Positions 10,283 through 20,436 of a stretch of 64,000 nucleotides of DNA are shown here, piece by piece. Source of the stretch: Planctomycetota bacterium (lineage in GTDB: Bacteria > Planctomycetota > Planctomycetia > Pirellulales > UBA1268); contig JABAAH010000009.1 in assembly GCA_014238855.1 (NCBI GenBank), positions 8,292-72,291 of the forward strand. The letters are read 5' to 3'. The notes under the pieces were generated by a model. The model was given only the letters and a program-made list of their open reading frames with translations. It did not search any database and was not told the DNA's origin. Numbering within the stretch: the first letter of the stretch is position 1; each line of letters starts with the position of its first letter. Made by a program: the position numbers and the translations under genes.

Positions 10283-10654
10283 TCAACAATGAACAGTGCC
10301 ACTTTCACGGACAATTGTATTTGATTCATCGAGTAAGAGCACAGCCGGCTTTGCCCCGACGGCCTCCACTGAAGAGTAATAACCGTACGACATGATGGTG
10401 AGTCGATCACCAATTTTGCCAAGGTGCGCTGTCGCGCCATTGAGTTCAATCACGCCGCTTCCGGCAGCACCGTAAATACAATAGGTCTCAAACCGCTCAC
10501 CATTTGCTAGGTTTCCAACCAATATTTTTTCGTAGGCTTTCAGTCCGACTCGCTCCGCCAAAATACTATCAATTGTAAGGCTCCCCTCATAATCGACGGA
10601 TGCACCAGTCACGGCGGCTCGATGGATTTTTGACTTTAGCAAGCAGATGTTCAT
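10283..10654 (-). CDS. panD: aspartate 1-decarboxylase proenzyme
   Basis: MNICLLKSKIHRAAVTGASVDYEGSLTID contains the self-processing Gly-Ser site. Start set to the ATG that overlaps the upstream stop as ATGA (10651-10654). Confidence 0.93.
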   Translation of the reverse strand: MNICLLKSKIHRAAVTGASVDYEGSLTIDSILAERVGLKAYEKILVGNLANGERFETYCIYGAAGSGVIELNGATAHLGKIGDRLTIMSYGYYSSVEAVGAKPAVLLLDESNTIVRESGTVHC

Positions 10655-11877
10655 GGTTTTTTCGGTGTGGACGAAATTGGGTGAGAAAAAACGATACAAA
10701 CAGGTTTTGGAACTTTGAGAATGCGTTTGGTGAACGATAGTTTGCCTGTTTCAGAATTAATAGTGAAGGCAGTGATGGTTCCGGATGCTTGTCCCGCTGC
10801 ATAAAGTCGTTCGCCACCAGGGGCAATGGCAAAGTGACGAGGAGTCTGGCAGCGAGTTGGCTCAACACTTTTTAGTGAGAGTTTTCCGCTTTGCTCATTG
10901 ATCCCAAATAGGGCAATTGAGTCATGGCCACGATTCGATACGTAGAGAAACTTTCCAGATGGGTGAATGGCGATTTCAGCAGTTGAAAATCCCGTACGTT
11001 CGTGTACCGAATCCGGAATAGTGCTGACGGAGTGTATCTTTTGGAGCCTCCCCTCTGCGGCATCAAAGTGAAAAGCAGTGACTGTCATATCGAGTTCATT
11101 ATTCGTATAGCCAAAAGGAAGTCGAGGATGAAGTGCGAAGTGTCTTGGTCCCCCTCCGGGTTGCGTTGAAGCAGAATTGTGAGGTGTTATCACCGCAGCC
11201 GATACATCGAGTTTATGAACAAATACCTTATCGGCACCAAGGTCACAGCTAATGGCAAATTTGCCCGTTGTAGTAGCGTTCATGCTGTGTCCATGTGGAG
11301 CTCGTTGACGACTTTTGTTGGGGCCAGTGCCGACGTGTTGAATAAATCCACCAGGTTTATCTTGTTTTGTGGCTACAGGTGGTAAGAGGCTTCCGTCATC
11401 AGTGATTCCAAGGCAAATAACGCTACCACTTCCATAATTTGCTGCGAGGAGGGACTTGCCTGTTGCATCAACTGAAAGATGACAAGGTCCTTTTCCCTGT
11501 GATGGCTGTACGCTTTGCTGCGTAAGTTGGCCGCTATGCATGTCAACGATGAAGCTGATAATACCACCGGTTGGTTTGTCATTTAAGTCTGCAATTTCTG
11601 AGACCCCATAGACAACGGGAAGCGTTGGGTGGACAGCGAGGAATGATGGATTTTTTACTTTGGTTGCTAACTTTGGTTGGCTTATTTCACCTGTTATTTC
11701 ATTATAACGAGAAACATAAATTCCATTTCCACGAGGCGTCTTACCTGTATAGGTGCCAAACCAAACGAAATGATCGGCATGAACAAAGCCGGTAGGCCAA
11801 CAAAATAAAATGAATAGAAAAATAGAAGACAGGGTGCGTCGTGTCGTCGGAAAAAATCCGTGTTTTTGTAAGCACAT
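10651..11877 (-). CDS. secreted 7-bladed beta-propeller lactonase family protein (6-phosphogluconolactonase-like)
   Basis: Track ORF extends to 12048. Start moved to the ATG at 11877 (MCLQKHGFF...ILFCWPTGFVHA signal peptide). Repeated propeller blades (GPCHLSVDATGKSLLAANYGSGSV, PRHFALHP, PRHFAIAPGGERLYAAGQASGTITAF). Confidence 0.75.
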   Translation of the reverse strand: MCLQKHGFFPTTRRTLSSIFLFILFCWPTGFVHADHFVWFGTYTGKTPRGNGIYVSRYNEITGEISQPKLATKVKNPSFLAVHPTLPVVYGVSEIADLNDKPTGGIISFIVDMHSGQLTQQSVQPSQGKGPCHLSVDATGKSLLAANYGSGSVICLGITDDGSLLPPVATKQDKPGGFIQHVGTGPNKSRQRAPHGHSMNATTTGKFAISCDLGADKVFVHKLDVSAAVITPHNSASTQPGGGPRHFALHPRLPFGYTNNELDMTVTAFHFDAAEGRLQKIHSVSTIPDSVHERTGFSTAEIAIHPSGKFLYVSNRGHDSIALFGINEQSGKLSLKSVEPTRCQTPRHFAIAPGGERLYAAGQASGTITAFTINSETGKLSFTKRILKVPKPVCIVFSHPISSTPKKP

Positions 11878-11983
11878 GATGTAATGAGTTATTTCAGACA
11901 TAAAGCAGTTTGGAAGCAAAACTCCCACACGAGCTAGAATAAAAAGACATGATTCCTGAAAGCCTCTATTGTAACCACTTTTC

Positions 11984-13336
11984 ATGCGGTTGCTTCTCTT
12001 TGAAAATAAGATGATTTCATCCGAAAAAACCCAGATAAAGCATGGCAAAAAGAGCCAATATCATTCTGGAGTGATTGCTCATGAGCCCTGGAACATTGCC
12101 TGCCTTGTGACGTATCAGGTAGTAGCTCGTATAGGTTGGATTTTTAAAACAGAGACCGTCATTATGCCGGTTGTTCTCGATACATGTATTCCCTCTGGTT
12201 TGTTGCGAGGTTTTCTCCCAGTTCTGAACCGTATTGGAACAAGCCTATTTCCATTGTTAGTCGCTCCATTTGTTTCACGAACAAAATCTATTCGGTGGCT
12301 TTTAGCTGGAACAACAACAGGCTTGGCTGTTTGTTTTGCTGTCTTGTCAGTAGCGTGGTCTCGCCTTGCAACAAACCAACCAGTCTTTCTTGCAATCACG
12401 TTTCTTTGCATATACGGTGTTTTTTCAGCAATTAATGGCTGCAATCAGCTACTTGTTGCAACACTGCAAGGTCGACTGATATCTGCTGGACGTCGGGGAC
12501 GAGTTTTGGTTTTGAGTGTGACAAGTGGCAGTGTGTTCGCAATCATTGCGGCACTTTACGCACTGGGGCCATGGCTACAAGATCCTCATGGATTTGTGAA
12601 AATTTTCGCGGCAACAAGCTTCTTCTTTTTTGCAGCCGCTACGATCCCTTTCTTTTTTAAAGAACCAGAAAGTGTCTTGGCGGAGGAATGTGATAAGACT
12701 CCAGTCTCTGTTCGTCAGCATTCATTTTGGAAGTTGCTTTCCCACGATAATGCGCTTGTTCGGCTTTCTATAGTGGCAGCATCATTCTCAGCAGCCATTA
12801 TTCTTTTTCCGCATTATCAGGCCTTTGCACGGGAGCGGTTTGGAGTTGCCAGTCATTCACTGCTGACATGGATTATCGTACAGAATATTGCAACGGGTCT
12901 TGCAAGTCTTGTGGTTGGACCACTTGCTGATCAACGTGGAAATCGTGTTGTTCTTATTGGACTACTTGGCTGCTGTGCAGGAACGCCACTTTTTGTAGCA
13001 GGCTTGTCAATGTGTTCACTGCCGGTTGGAATCAAGTGGTTTTGGTTGGCGTACGTACCACTCGGATTAAACCCAATCATGCTCCGTATCATCAGTAATT
13101 ATGCACTTGAACTTGCTCCAACGGTCTCGCTCCAACCGCGATACGTCAGCCTTGTAGGAGGTGCATTGGCGATACCATTTATCCTCTCTCCTTTCATTGG
13201 ATGGGGCATTGATGTACTCGGAGGTGTCCCGTTTTTTATTGCTGGTGCGGTCTTCATAGCCTTTGGCACACTGATTGCCGTTGGGCTCCCGGAGCCCAGG
13301 AAAATCCGGCTCGATATTGAGAAATCAGAAAATTGA
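11984..13336 (+). CDS. MFS-type transporter
   Basis: About 12 hydrophobic segments arranged as two halves. Start uncertain (ATG at 11984 or 12011). Confidence 0.7.
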   Translation: MRLLLFENKMISSEKTQIKHGKKSQYHSGVIAHEPWNIACLVTYQVVARIGWIFKTETVIMPVVLDTCIPSGLLRGFLPVLNRIGTSLFPLLVAPFVSRTKSIRWLLAGTTTGLAVCFAVLSVAWSRLATNQPVFLAITFLCIYGVFSAINGCNQLLVATLQGRLISAGRRGRVLVLSVTSGSVFAIIAALYALGPWLQDPHGFVKIFAATSFFFFAAATIPFFFKEPESVLAEECDKTPVSVRQHSFWKLLSHDNALVRLSIVAASFSAAIILFPHYQAFARERFGVASHSLLTWIIVQNIATGLASLVVGPLADQRGNRVVLIGLLGCCAGTPLFVAGLSMCSLPVGIKWFWLAYVPLGLNPIMLRIISNYALELAPTVSLQPRYVSLVGGALAIPFILSPFIGWGIDVLGGVPFFIAGAVFIAFGTLIAVGLPEPRKIRLDIEKSEN

Positions 13337-13406
13337 TCTGTAACGCGAGTGAGTTACCTGAAATACTCCTGACTCGACTTTGCCAAAGCTACTACAAGAT
13401 ATTTCT

Positions 13407-14660
13407 ATGCGAGTTTTCCTTTCTGCTGGTGAACCCTCCGGTGATCATCACGCAGCACTACTTTGTAAATCTATTAAGGATCATTGTCCTGAGGCTGTGT
13501 GTGTCGGACTCGGTGGCCCAAAGATGGAGAGTGCAGGCTGTGAACTTATTGCTGATATGACGCACCTAGCCGTGATGTGGTTTTTTCGGGTACTAGCGAA
13601 AGTGCATTGTTTTGTAGATCTAGCGCGTAGAGCAGAGAGAAGCTTTCTTGATGACCGACCAGATGTTTGTGTTCTTGTCGACTTTCCTGGATTTCATTGG
13701 TGGTTAGCATGGCGTGCGAAACGACACGGCATTCCTGTTGTTTTTTATTGTCCACCTCAAATTTGGGCATGGGCAAGTTGGCGAATTCACAAAATGCGTC
13801 GACTTATCGATCACGTTTTATCAGCATTACCTTTTGAACACGAATGGTTCATTTCGCATGGTGTATCGAGCACGTACGTCGGCCATCCTTTTTTTGACGT
13901 CCGCCACACCCCTGAAAAAAGAGTAAAGCAGATAGGAGAAAATCCTTTTGTACTGCTGTTACCTGGTTCCCGTGGGCAGGAAATAGAAGCAAATCTAAAG
14001 AGTCTTCTGCTTGCGGCGAAGAATATCGAACAGGAGATTCCGCAGGCAAAGTTTGTCATTGCTGCTCTTCATCAGCGGCATGAAAAGTACATCAGGGAGC
14101 AAATGAATGGTCCCTTGGAAGGATGTTATCCAAAACAACTGGTTGTTGAGGCAGGCAAAACAAGTGAAATAATTCCTCAGGCGACGGTTGCTCTTTGTGT
14201 GAGTGGTTCAGTTTCACTGGAATTACTCGCTGCACGAGTCCCGTCTGTAATGGTCTTTTCACTTTCAGGATTTGCCTATGTCGTTCAAAGTTGGGCGAGG
14301 CATTGTAAGTCTTTTACGCTTGTTAATCTTTTGGCAATGCCTGAGCCAATTGGAGCAATTCATCCAGTGTTTTGGCCACCGCGGCAACCACCTCATGCGG
14401 ATCCAAAAATGCTATACCCGGAGTATCTTACGGTCGCAGATCCCTCCACCCTACTTGCTGACCATGTGAAAGAGTGGCTTACAGATTCGGAATTATACGA
14501 ACAGAAAGTGGCAGCATTGGAACAACTTGCAAGTGAAGTGGCGCAGCCCGGATCAGCATCTCGAGCCACGAAAGTTATACTCGAGATTGCAACACGTGGT
14601 TTGTCTCAATCTGATATTGGCACAATTATTTCTGGTCAGCAAGCGGAGCAGGCGGCATAA
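13407..14660 (+). CDS. lpxB: lipid-A-disaccharide synthase
   Basis: N-terminus MRVFLSAGEPSGDHHAALL (LpxB GEPSGD motif), GT19-like length. Track ORF starts at an upstream TTG (13380). Confidence 0.88.
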   Translation: MRVFLSAGEPSGDHHAALLCKSIKDHCPEAVCVGLGGPKMESAGCELIADMTHLAVMWFFRVLAKVHCFVDLARRAERSFLDDRPDVCVLVDFPGFHWWLAWRAKRHGIPVVFYCPPQIWAWASWRIHKMRRLIDHVLSALPFEHEWFISHGVSSTYVGHPFFDVRHTPEKRVKQIGENPFVLLLPGSRGQEIEANLKSLLLAAKNIEQEIPQAKFVIAALHQRHEKYIREQMNGPLEGCYPKQLVVEAGKTSEIIPQATVALCVSGSVSLELLAARVPSVMVFSLSGFAYVVQSWARHCKSFTLVNLLAMPEPIGAIHPVFWPPRQPPHADPKMLYPEYLTVADPSTLLADHVKEWLTDSELYEQKVAALEQLASEVAQPGSASRATKVILEIATRGLSQSDIGTIISGQQAEQAA

Positions 14661-14667
14661 TAAGAAC

Positions 14668-15462
14668 ATGCTACTCTCTGAGCCACAAGAAACCAACGCT
14701 GACTTTCACTTCCGAATTGGTCAAATACCAGTTCGAGTGACTGGTTGGTTTTGGCCAGCAGTAGGTCTTTTTGGTTGGGGGACATCTCAGTCGCTTGCTG
14801 GCGACGATACTCGAATGCTATTAATTTATTTAGCTGCGTGGGTGATTGTTGTTTTTTGCTCCATCCTTGTTCATGAACTTGGGCATGCCTTGGCATTTGC
14901 TGCTTGTGGACAATCATCACGCATTGTTCTTTATCACTTTGGTGGTCTGGCAGTACCAACTGGGGTGTCTGCACAGTCCCTGAAGAATCCATCGCGTCGA
15001 CTTATAGTTTCAGCTGCTGGTCCAGTTGCCCAGCTTTGTCTTGCTATCATTGTTATTTCAGGACTCATACTATGCGGATATAGGGTACCCGATGCTGGAT
15101 TCTTGAGATCAGTACCAATCATTGGCGATTTTTTAGACGAATCTTCGTCGGCAGGCCAGCCTATTCCGACTCTTCTCGGACGGCTCGTTGTATATCACCT
15201 TCTGTTTGTGAATATTGGTTGGGCACTTCTTAATTTATTGCCAGTCCAACCCCTTGATGGTGGGCATGTTGTCTTGGAGAGCTTGAACGTATGTGGTGTT
15301 TCTGCTGCTGAACAGATTTCAAATTTCTTTGGTCTTCTCATTGCAGGCACACTGGTTCTTTGGGCATATCAACATCAGGAAACATACCTAATATTTCTGT
15401 TCGGATTTCTCGGTGTGGGGTGCTATCAACGACTGGTTGCGAATCGCAGAAGACTATGGTGA
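14668..15462 (+). CDS. M50 family (site-2 protease-like) membrane metalloprotease
   Basis: HELGHALAF (HExxH) inside a TM helix and NLLPVQPLDGGH (NxxPxxxLDG) second motif. Start at the ATG at 14668, 7 nt after the lpxB stop. Confidence 0.85.
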   Translation: MLLSEPQETNADFHFRIGQIPVRVTGWFWPAVGLFGWGTSQSLAGDDTRMLLIYLAAWVIVVFCSILVHELGHALAFAACGQSSRIVLYHFGGLAVPTGVSAQSLKNPSRRLIVSAAGPVAQLCLAIIVISGLILCGYRVPDAGFLRSVPIIGDFLDESSSAGQPIPTLLGRLVVYHLLFVNIGWALLNLLPVQPLDGGHVVLESLNVCGVSAAEQISNFFGLLIAGTLVLWAYQHQETYLIFLFGFLGVGCYQRLVANRRRLW

Positions 15463-16310
15463 AAGGGCAAGTCGTGCAAAGTGGTTCAACATCTTCTGCA
15501 CGCAGTCAACAACGAGCCCTCGTTGTAGCGCTGGGAGCCAGTAATCTTTCGCGAGGCTTGTCACGGCTTGTCACGATCTGTCGTCGCGGTACTTCAAAGC
15601 CCATTGATTTCTTTGCTGGGGCCGGACACGGTCGTTCATATGGTGCAAATAGCCGTATTTGGAATCGGAGATTGCCATCAATTCTTGGAAGCGGTCTTTG
15701 GAGATCACTGGATCGGTACTCTGGCAGTGATGCTTTAAATAGTACTACACGATTAGCAGTTATTACAGATATCGGAAATGATTTGCTTTATGGATTTTCA
15801 GTAGAGCAGATAGCTGCCTGGATAGAAGAAATTGTCTTTCGTCTTCAGCAGCGAGGATTTTATGTTGTTATTACACAATTACCAATTCAGAGTATCCAGT
15901 CTGTAGGGTCACTGCGATTTCATATTCTAAAGTCAATTTTTGTGCCCGGATGTCAGCAGTCACTCGAAGCAATCAAAGATCAGTCACTTCAGATAAACAA
16001 TAAAATTGTTTCTTTATCAAAGAGTCATCATGTCACAATCCTCCGTCAGCCAGGATCGTGGTATGGAATAGATGCTATTCATGTAAAGCGGTCTTGTCTC
16101 AATAAACTTTGGCAGCGTGTTGTCGATTGCTGGCCAGAAATCTCACAAGAACAACATGCGATGCGAGGAGTTCATGGGTTTAGTGGGTGGCAAGAATGGT
16201 CACGTCTTGGTGCTGCGTCTGCGGAGGTGCGATCTCTAAGTGGCCTCATGCTTTTCACGCCGCAACCGGTCCTCCAGCTGGCTGATACAACGCGCATCTA
16301 TTTATATTAA
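15456..16310 (+). CDS. SGNH/GDSL-like hydrolase
   Basis: Block I VVALGASNLSRG (Ser retained), block III ITDIGNDLL, block V GIDAIHV (DxxH). Start ATG overlaps the M50 stop (ATGGTGA). Confidence 0.65.
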   Translation: MVKGQVVQSGSTSSARSQQRALVVALGASNLSRGLSRLVTICRRGTSKPIDFFAGAGHGRSYGANSRIWNRRLPSILGSGLWRSLDRYSGSDALNSTTRLAVITDIGNDLLYGFSVEQIAAWIEEIVFRLQQRGFYVVITQLPIQSIQSVGSLRFHILKSIFVPGCQQSLEAIKDQSLQINNKIVSLSKSHHVTILRQPGSWYGIDAIHVKRSCLNKLWQRVVDCWPEISQEQHAMRGVHGFSGWQEWSRLGAASAEVRSLSGLMLFTPQPVLQLADTTRIYLY

Positions 16311-16395
16311 AAATAGAGTGTGTTGTTATAGTTTTGATAGAGCTATTGCGTGTATGAAAGTGAGGCCGATTGATTCCAAAGTCAATGTGACTTAA

Positions 16396-19300
16396 TTAGT
16401 TGCCAATATCAGATTCTTCAGGGATTCCGTGAATTGTTAAATAAGCTTTCTCAAGAAAAGGCTCACCTGTTCGATCACGTGTTTCAACTTCAAGTAACAA
16501 TTGGTCACAAGGGTGTATGTCTGGGATTACAAGACGGACTGTTTGTGAATCTTTTAGCAAAGCATCTGCAATGGATACGATATCGTGGCCTTTTTGGCCT
16601 GGGTGAAGTACCGAAAATTGATCAGATCCATATTTCTTGGACCAGAGATAATCCCACATCTCAGCATGCCAGTTGTTCGCAAAGGTGGTACTCGCTGGAT
16701 CAACATCGAAATTGAAATGTAGCTCAATTCCTTTGGGTACCACGGTCACTGAATCGAGAAGCCGGCACGTCTCGCCGGTGTATCGGAGTCGTTGAAAACA
16801 CCCATCTTTTCCACCTGCAGGACCCTGCCATCCGGACAGGCCTGTCCCATAAAGCTGTCCGTCAGCAGGATTCACACGGAGCCGCATAACACCGGCATCC
16901 CACTGATGTGGCAATGTGATAATTGCTGCTTGTGTCTGGTCTCCAATGTCTTGAAGCGAGAGGTAGTAAAGCCAGCCTTTACCAAACGATGAATGCAGAA
17001 GCCGGCCAGTAAGAGGTCCAAATCGTGGATCATCAACCCAAACCTGACCACCGCAAGAACTGTCAAGTTCTTGTGGCATCCAAATAAATGGTTTATCAAA
17101 ATCTTTTGGTAATTCGTCATTATATTTTTCTCGGAGCCAATGATCCTGATCAGCATTGATGGGCATATTTCCATAAAAACCACCGGGTTCAATAGCGGAT
17201 ATTTTTCCAGCTGGCATCCATGGCCCCTGATTATCCGAGACGGTAAATCGGCCGTCAGCCAAACGGCCCATGCCGTTTGGTGTGCGGATGCCCCATGCGA
17301 CAACGTCTGCCTTTCCGCCTTGAGGAGGCACCTTCATAATAGCTCCTGGCCGGTGATGATTTGTATGTTGACCAGCCTTCGCGAGATAAAAATTTCCTTC
17401 GTCATCAACTTGTAGGTTGAAGTTGTAGCCATGGAAAACACACGAGACATCATCATCGTTCCAAAATGATTCAATGAAGTCTGCCTCACCATCGTTGTTG
17501 TAGTCATGGAGTCGTTTGAGTCCGTCACGACACGTCACGTATATTTTCTCATCTACAACCTTAACTCCAAAAGGCTCAAAAAGACCTGCTGCAAATCGAT
17601 TCCATTGAACAGTATCGAGAGTGTTATCAATTCCGGAAACAATATAGACATCACCACCATGTGTTGTGATAACAGCTCGTCCATCTGGGAAAAAATCAAG
17701 GGCACTTGTCCGCATCCATGTGTTCCATGGATTATGAAATGGAATGGGGATTGTGTCGAGTGCATACCCGTTGACATCTGCACCTAGGCGGCCGCGAAGT
17801 TGAATAGTTTTGAGCCACCGCCGAGAGTTCCCTTTCAGTTTGGTTGTGAGATCATCAATGTGTTGATTGCCTACTCGAGTAATCTCCTGAAAAAGTTTTT
17901 TACGAGTCTCCTTGGCAGAGAGAACTACAATTTTAATTGTTCTACTTTCTACGCCTGCAGGAATTTCAAGGACAAGTCGCCCGTGGTCCTGTACTCTCCA
18001 AACAAGGTTCTCAGTGTCACCCACAACATGTGCGGCCACACTGGCTACGGTCTCAGCATCTTTAGGCTCACTGGGTCGGTCATTTTTCAGTCGGCTTGCA
18101 GCATCCCATTCAAAAAAAGGTACCTGCGGATGAGGTTGTTTCGTACTTGCCAGTGTGGGTAGTTCGTCGATAGGCGTAGCCCCTTTGAAGATTCGAACCC
18201 ACTCGATGTCGCCTTGGAAATTTCCTCCAAAATCAGTCGCAGTGGAACCAATTTTGAGGACGTGTCCGTTTGCGTGAGGCCGATGGAATTCCTGACGTGT
18301 CCCAAGAAGTTTTCCATCAATAAAGAGCTTTGTTTGAGCTTCAGTAATGACCAGCGCTGCGACATGCCACTTTCCGTCACGAACATCAGCTTTTCCGCTG
18401 AGAGCACCTACCCAGCCAATATCAAAAACAACCTCGTCACCTCGAAGGAATAGTGTTTTACCATTTGGTTTCCACGTGCCATGTGGGGGAGCAGAAGAGA
18501 TCAGAGTTCCTGCTTCAGTTGTGCGGAACCGAACCATAACGGTTCTCTCTGGTGTACCTAAATCAAGCACACCTGCTCGTTTTGATTCAACAAAGTACTT
18601 TGTTTTTGTCGAGGCATTTGTGATGATTGCCGCGCATTCCGAAGCTTTAACTTGCAAGCTTTTTTGAGATGTTCCGTCGAATGTATAGATTCCAGAATCC
18701 AAACCCATCGCCTGAAATTGAGCTACAGATAATTCAAGTTGTTGAGTGCCGGGCTCAATATGGAGAGTGTGCGTAATACAAGGGCCACAATCGGTAGTAG
18801 TCTTCTGCAGTGATTCGAGAATAGCTCTTTGTTCGATCGTGTATCGCAGGATTACATCATTGTCATAGAGCGAGTAGCCATCATAGCGCATGAATCTTTT
18901 GTCAATTGGTCCACGAGGAGGTTTGAATTCATCAGCATTGTCGAAAGAACCAGCATATGCCCACTGCCAGCCGTCGAGACCCGGCAGCAGTGTTCCCTCT
19001 ATCTGGGGCATTTGTTCACCACGCTGACGATAGTGATGCGTTTCACGTAAGTTGAGAAAACCATCTTCCCAGATTCCTACAAGTTTCATGCGATGCAGAT
19101 CATAGCTCGCCGTTGTTGTGTCATCGAGTTTCATGGTCAGAGCGTTATTGACTCGTGTTCCTATTTGAGAACCAAGAACAGGGCCAAAGTCGCGTGGTTT
19201 GTAATCAGTATGATCACCAAGGCTTGTACCTTTTGGTAAGTCCGCCAAATAGTCGGTATCAATAGCGTCGTACTGTGGATTATTAGGTTTCATCAGAGCT

Positions 19301-20220
19301 TCACGTATGTAATGAACAACCTGATATCGCTCTTTTGGTGAAAGATATTGCACTGCCGCCATGAGCCCACGCCCCTTGGTGAGGGTCATAAACATGCTGT
19401 ATGGATCAGAACCGTTTTTTAGAGGTTCGGTTCCGAAGGCTCGTGCAAGAGGCATTGTCGGTTCATTGCCGTTTGCACCATGGCAGTTTTGACAGTGGCT
19501 CAGATATATTCGTTTGCCAGATTTAACGTCTCGGGAACCAAGGTGTTGAAGAATGCCAGCGTGATCAATTCCTATTGAGTCGTCTTCAATGACGAGTTCT
19601 TCTGGTGATGGCCGGAGTTCTGAGGCGCGACGTGGACCGCCGTGTACAACCTCGAATACGTAGCGCATGAGGTCGTAAAATTCCCCTTCATTTCGAAGGC
19701 TATCGACAAGGCCTTCTGGCATCATCGACACCGGCAGTCTTTCAATGATATCAATGTTATGTTGTGGAATCACTGTGGGGTGTAGGAGGTCTCTTAATTC
19801 ACGGAGAACGATCTGTGTATCATTTTGTGATGCCACGATTCCCGTTTTTACTTTTCCATCTGTGGTGACAATTGAAACAGTTTCGTAGCCTTTCCGAAGG
19901 GCTTTCGATGGAGTCAGAATAGATTCAATGAGATATGTGTGCTTGGTTGAGGAATTGATATCAGTGAGTTTTGGTCCTAGGGGTGAGAGCGATTGTCCAT
20001 CAGAGTGACACTTAATGCAGCCAGCACTTGATGTGTGAAACAGAAGGGCACCACGAATTGGGTCACCCCGCATTTTCACCTGTGCAGCAAGGGCCTCACT
20101 CGTCTGGTCTAGAAGATAGGTAGTAAGGTTTTGAGATGAGGCGTTTTGAGCCCCAGAAACACCACCAAGGATCATGATGCAGACGAAAAGAACAAGTCTT
20201 TGAGGAAATGGTTGTATCAT
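16396..20220 (-). CDS. secreted 1274-aa multidomain protein: PVC-type heme-binding domain + cytochrome c + LamG-like + beta-propeller dehydrogenase-like domain
   Basis: Signal peptide. CIKCH at 20005-20019 and CQNCH at 19480-19494. LamG/ConA-like segment (VFDIGWVGALSGKADVRDGKWHVAALV...KLFIDGKL). Soluble quinoprotein-dehydrogenase-like propeller (GIRTPNGMGRLADGRFTVSDNQGPW). Confidence 0.8.
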   Translation of the reverse strand: MIQPFPQRLVLFVCIMILGGVSGAQNASSQNLTTYLLDQTSEALAAQVKMRGDPIRGALLFHTSSAGCIKCHSDGQSLSPLGPKLTDINSSTKHTYLIESILTPSKALRKGYETVSIVTTDGKVKTGIVASQNDTQIVLRELRDLLHPTVIPQHNIDIIERLPVSMMPEGLVDSLRNEGEFYDLMRYVFEVVHGGPRRASELRPSPEELVIEDDSIGIDHAGILQHLGSRDVKSGKRIYLSHCQNCHGANGNEPTMPLARAFGTEPLKNGSDPYSMFMTLTKGRGLMAAVQYLSPKERYQVVHYIREALMKPNNPQYDAIDTDYLADLPKGTSLGDHTDYKPRDFGPVLGSQIGTRVNNALTMKLDDTTTASYDLHRMKLVGIWEDGFLNLRETHHYRQRGEQMPQIEGTLLPGLDGWQWAYAGSFDNADEFKPPRGPIDKRFMRYDGYSLYDNDVILRYTIEQRAILESLQKTTTDCGPCITHTLHIEPGTQQLELSVAQFQAMGLDSGIYTFDGTSQKSLQVKASECAAIITNASTKTKYFVESKRAGVLDLGTPERTVMVRFRTTEAGTLISSAPPHGTWKPNGKTLFLRGDEVVFDIGWVGALSGKADVRDGKWHVAALVITEAQTKLFIDGKLLGTRQEFHRPHANGHVLKIGSTATDFGGNFQGDIEWVRIFKGATPIDELPTLASTKQPHPQVPFFEWDAASRLKNDRPSEPKDAETVASVAAHVVGDTENLVWRVQDHGRLVLEIPAGVESRTIKIVVLSAKETRKKLFQEITRVGNQHIDDLTTKLKGNSRRWLKTIQLRGRLGADVNGYALDTIPIPFHNPWNTWMRTSALDFFPDGRAVITTHGGDVYIVSGIDNTLDTVQWNRFAAGLFEPFGVKVVDEKIYVTCRDGLKRLHDYNNDGEADFIESFWNDDDVSCVFHGYNFNLQVDDEGNFYLAKAGQHTNHHRPGAIMKVPPQGGKADVVAWGIRTPNGMGRLADGRFTVSDNQGPWMPAGKISAIEPGGFYGNMPINADQDHWLREKYNDELPKDFDKPFIWMPQELDSSCGGQVWVDDPRFGPLTGRLLHSSFGKGWLYYLSLQDIGDQTQAAIITLPHQWDAGVMRLRVNPADGQLYGTGLSGWQGPAGGKDGCFQRLRYTGETCRLLDSVTVVPKGIELHFNFDVDPASTTFANNWHAEMWDYLWSKKYGSDQFSVLHPGQKGHDIVSIADALLKDSQTVRLVIPDIHPCDQLLLEVETRDRTGEPFLEKAYLTIHGIPEESDIGN

Positions 20221-20436
20221 GCCATCATGCTTTACCGCGGGCCGGTGTATTTCTTAAAGATGTTGTTGGGGGTGCATGTCATTTCGAGTGTGCTCAAGTT
20301 CGATAAACATGGTCTTTGGGTGAATATGCTTTTTATGAAGCTACTAGTCTACTATTTGACGAAGTGCGTTGCCTTATAACAGGCGAACAAATAACTTTGC
20401 GTGGCATTTCAATAAAATTTACTAGTGAAATGGTTG

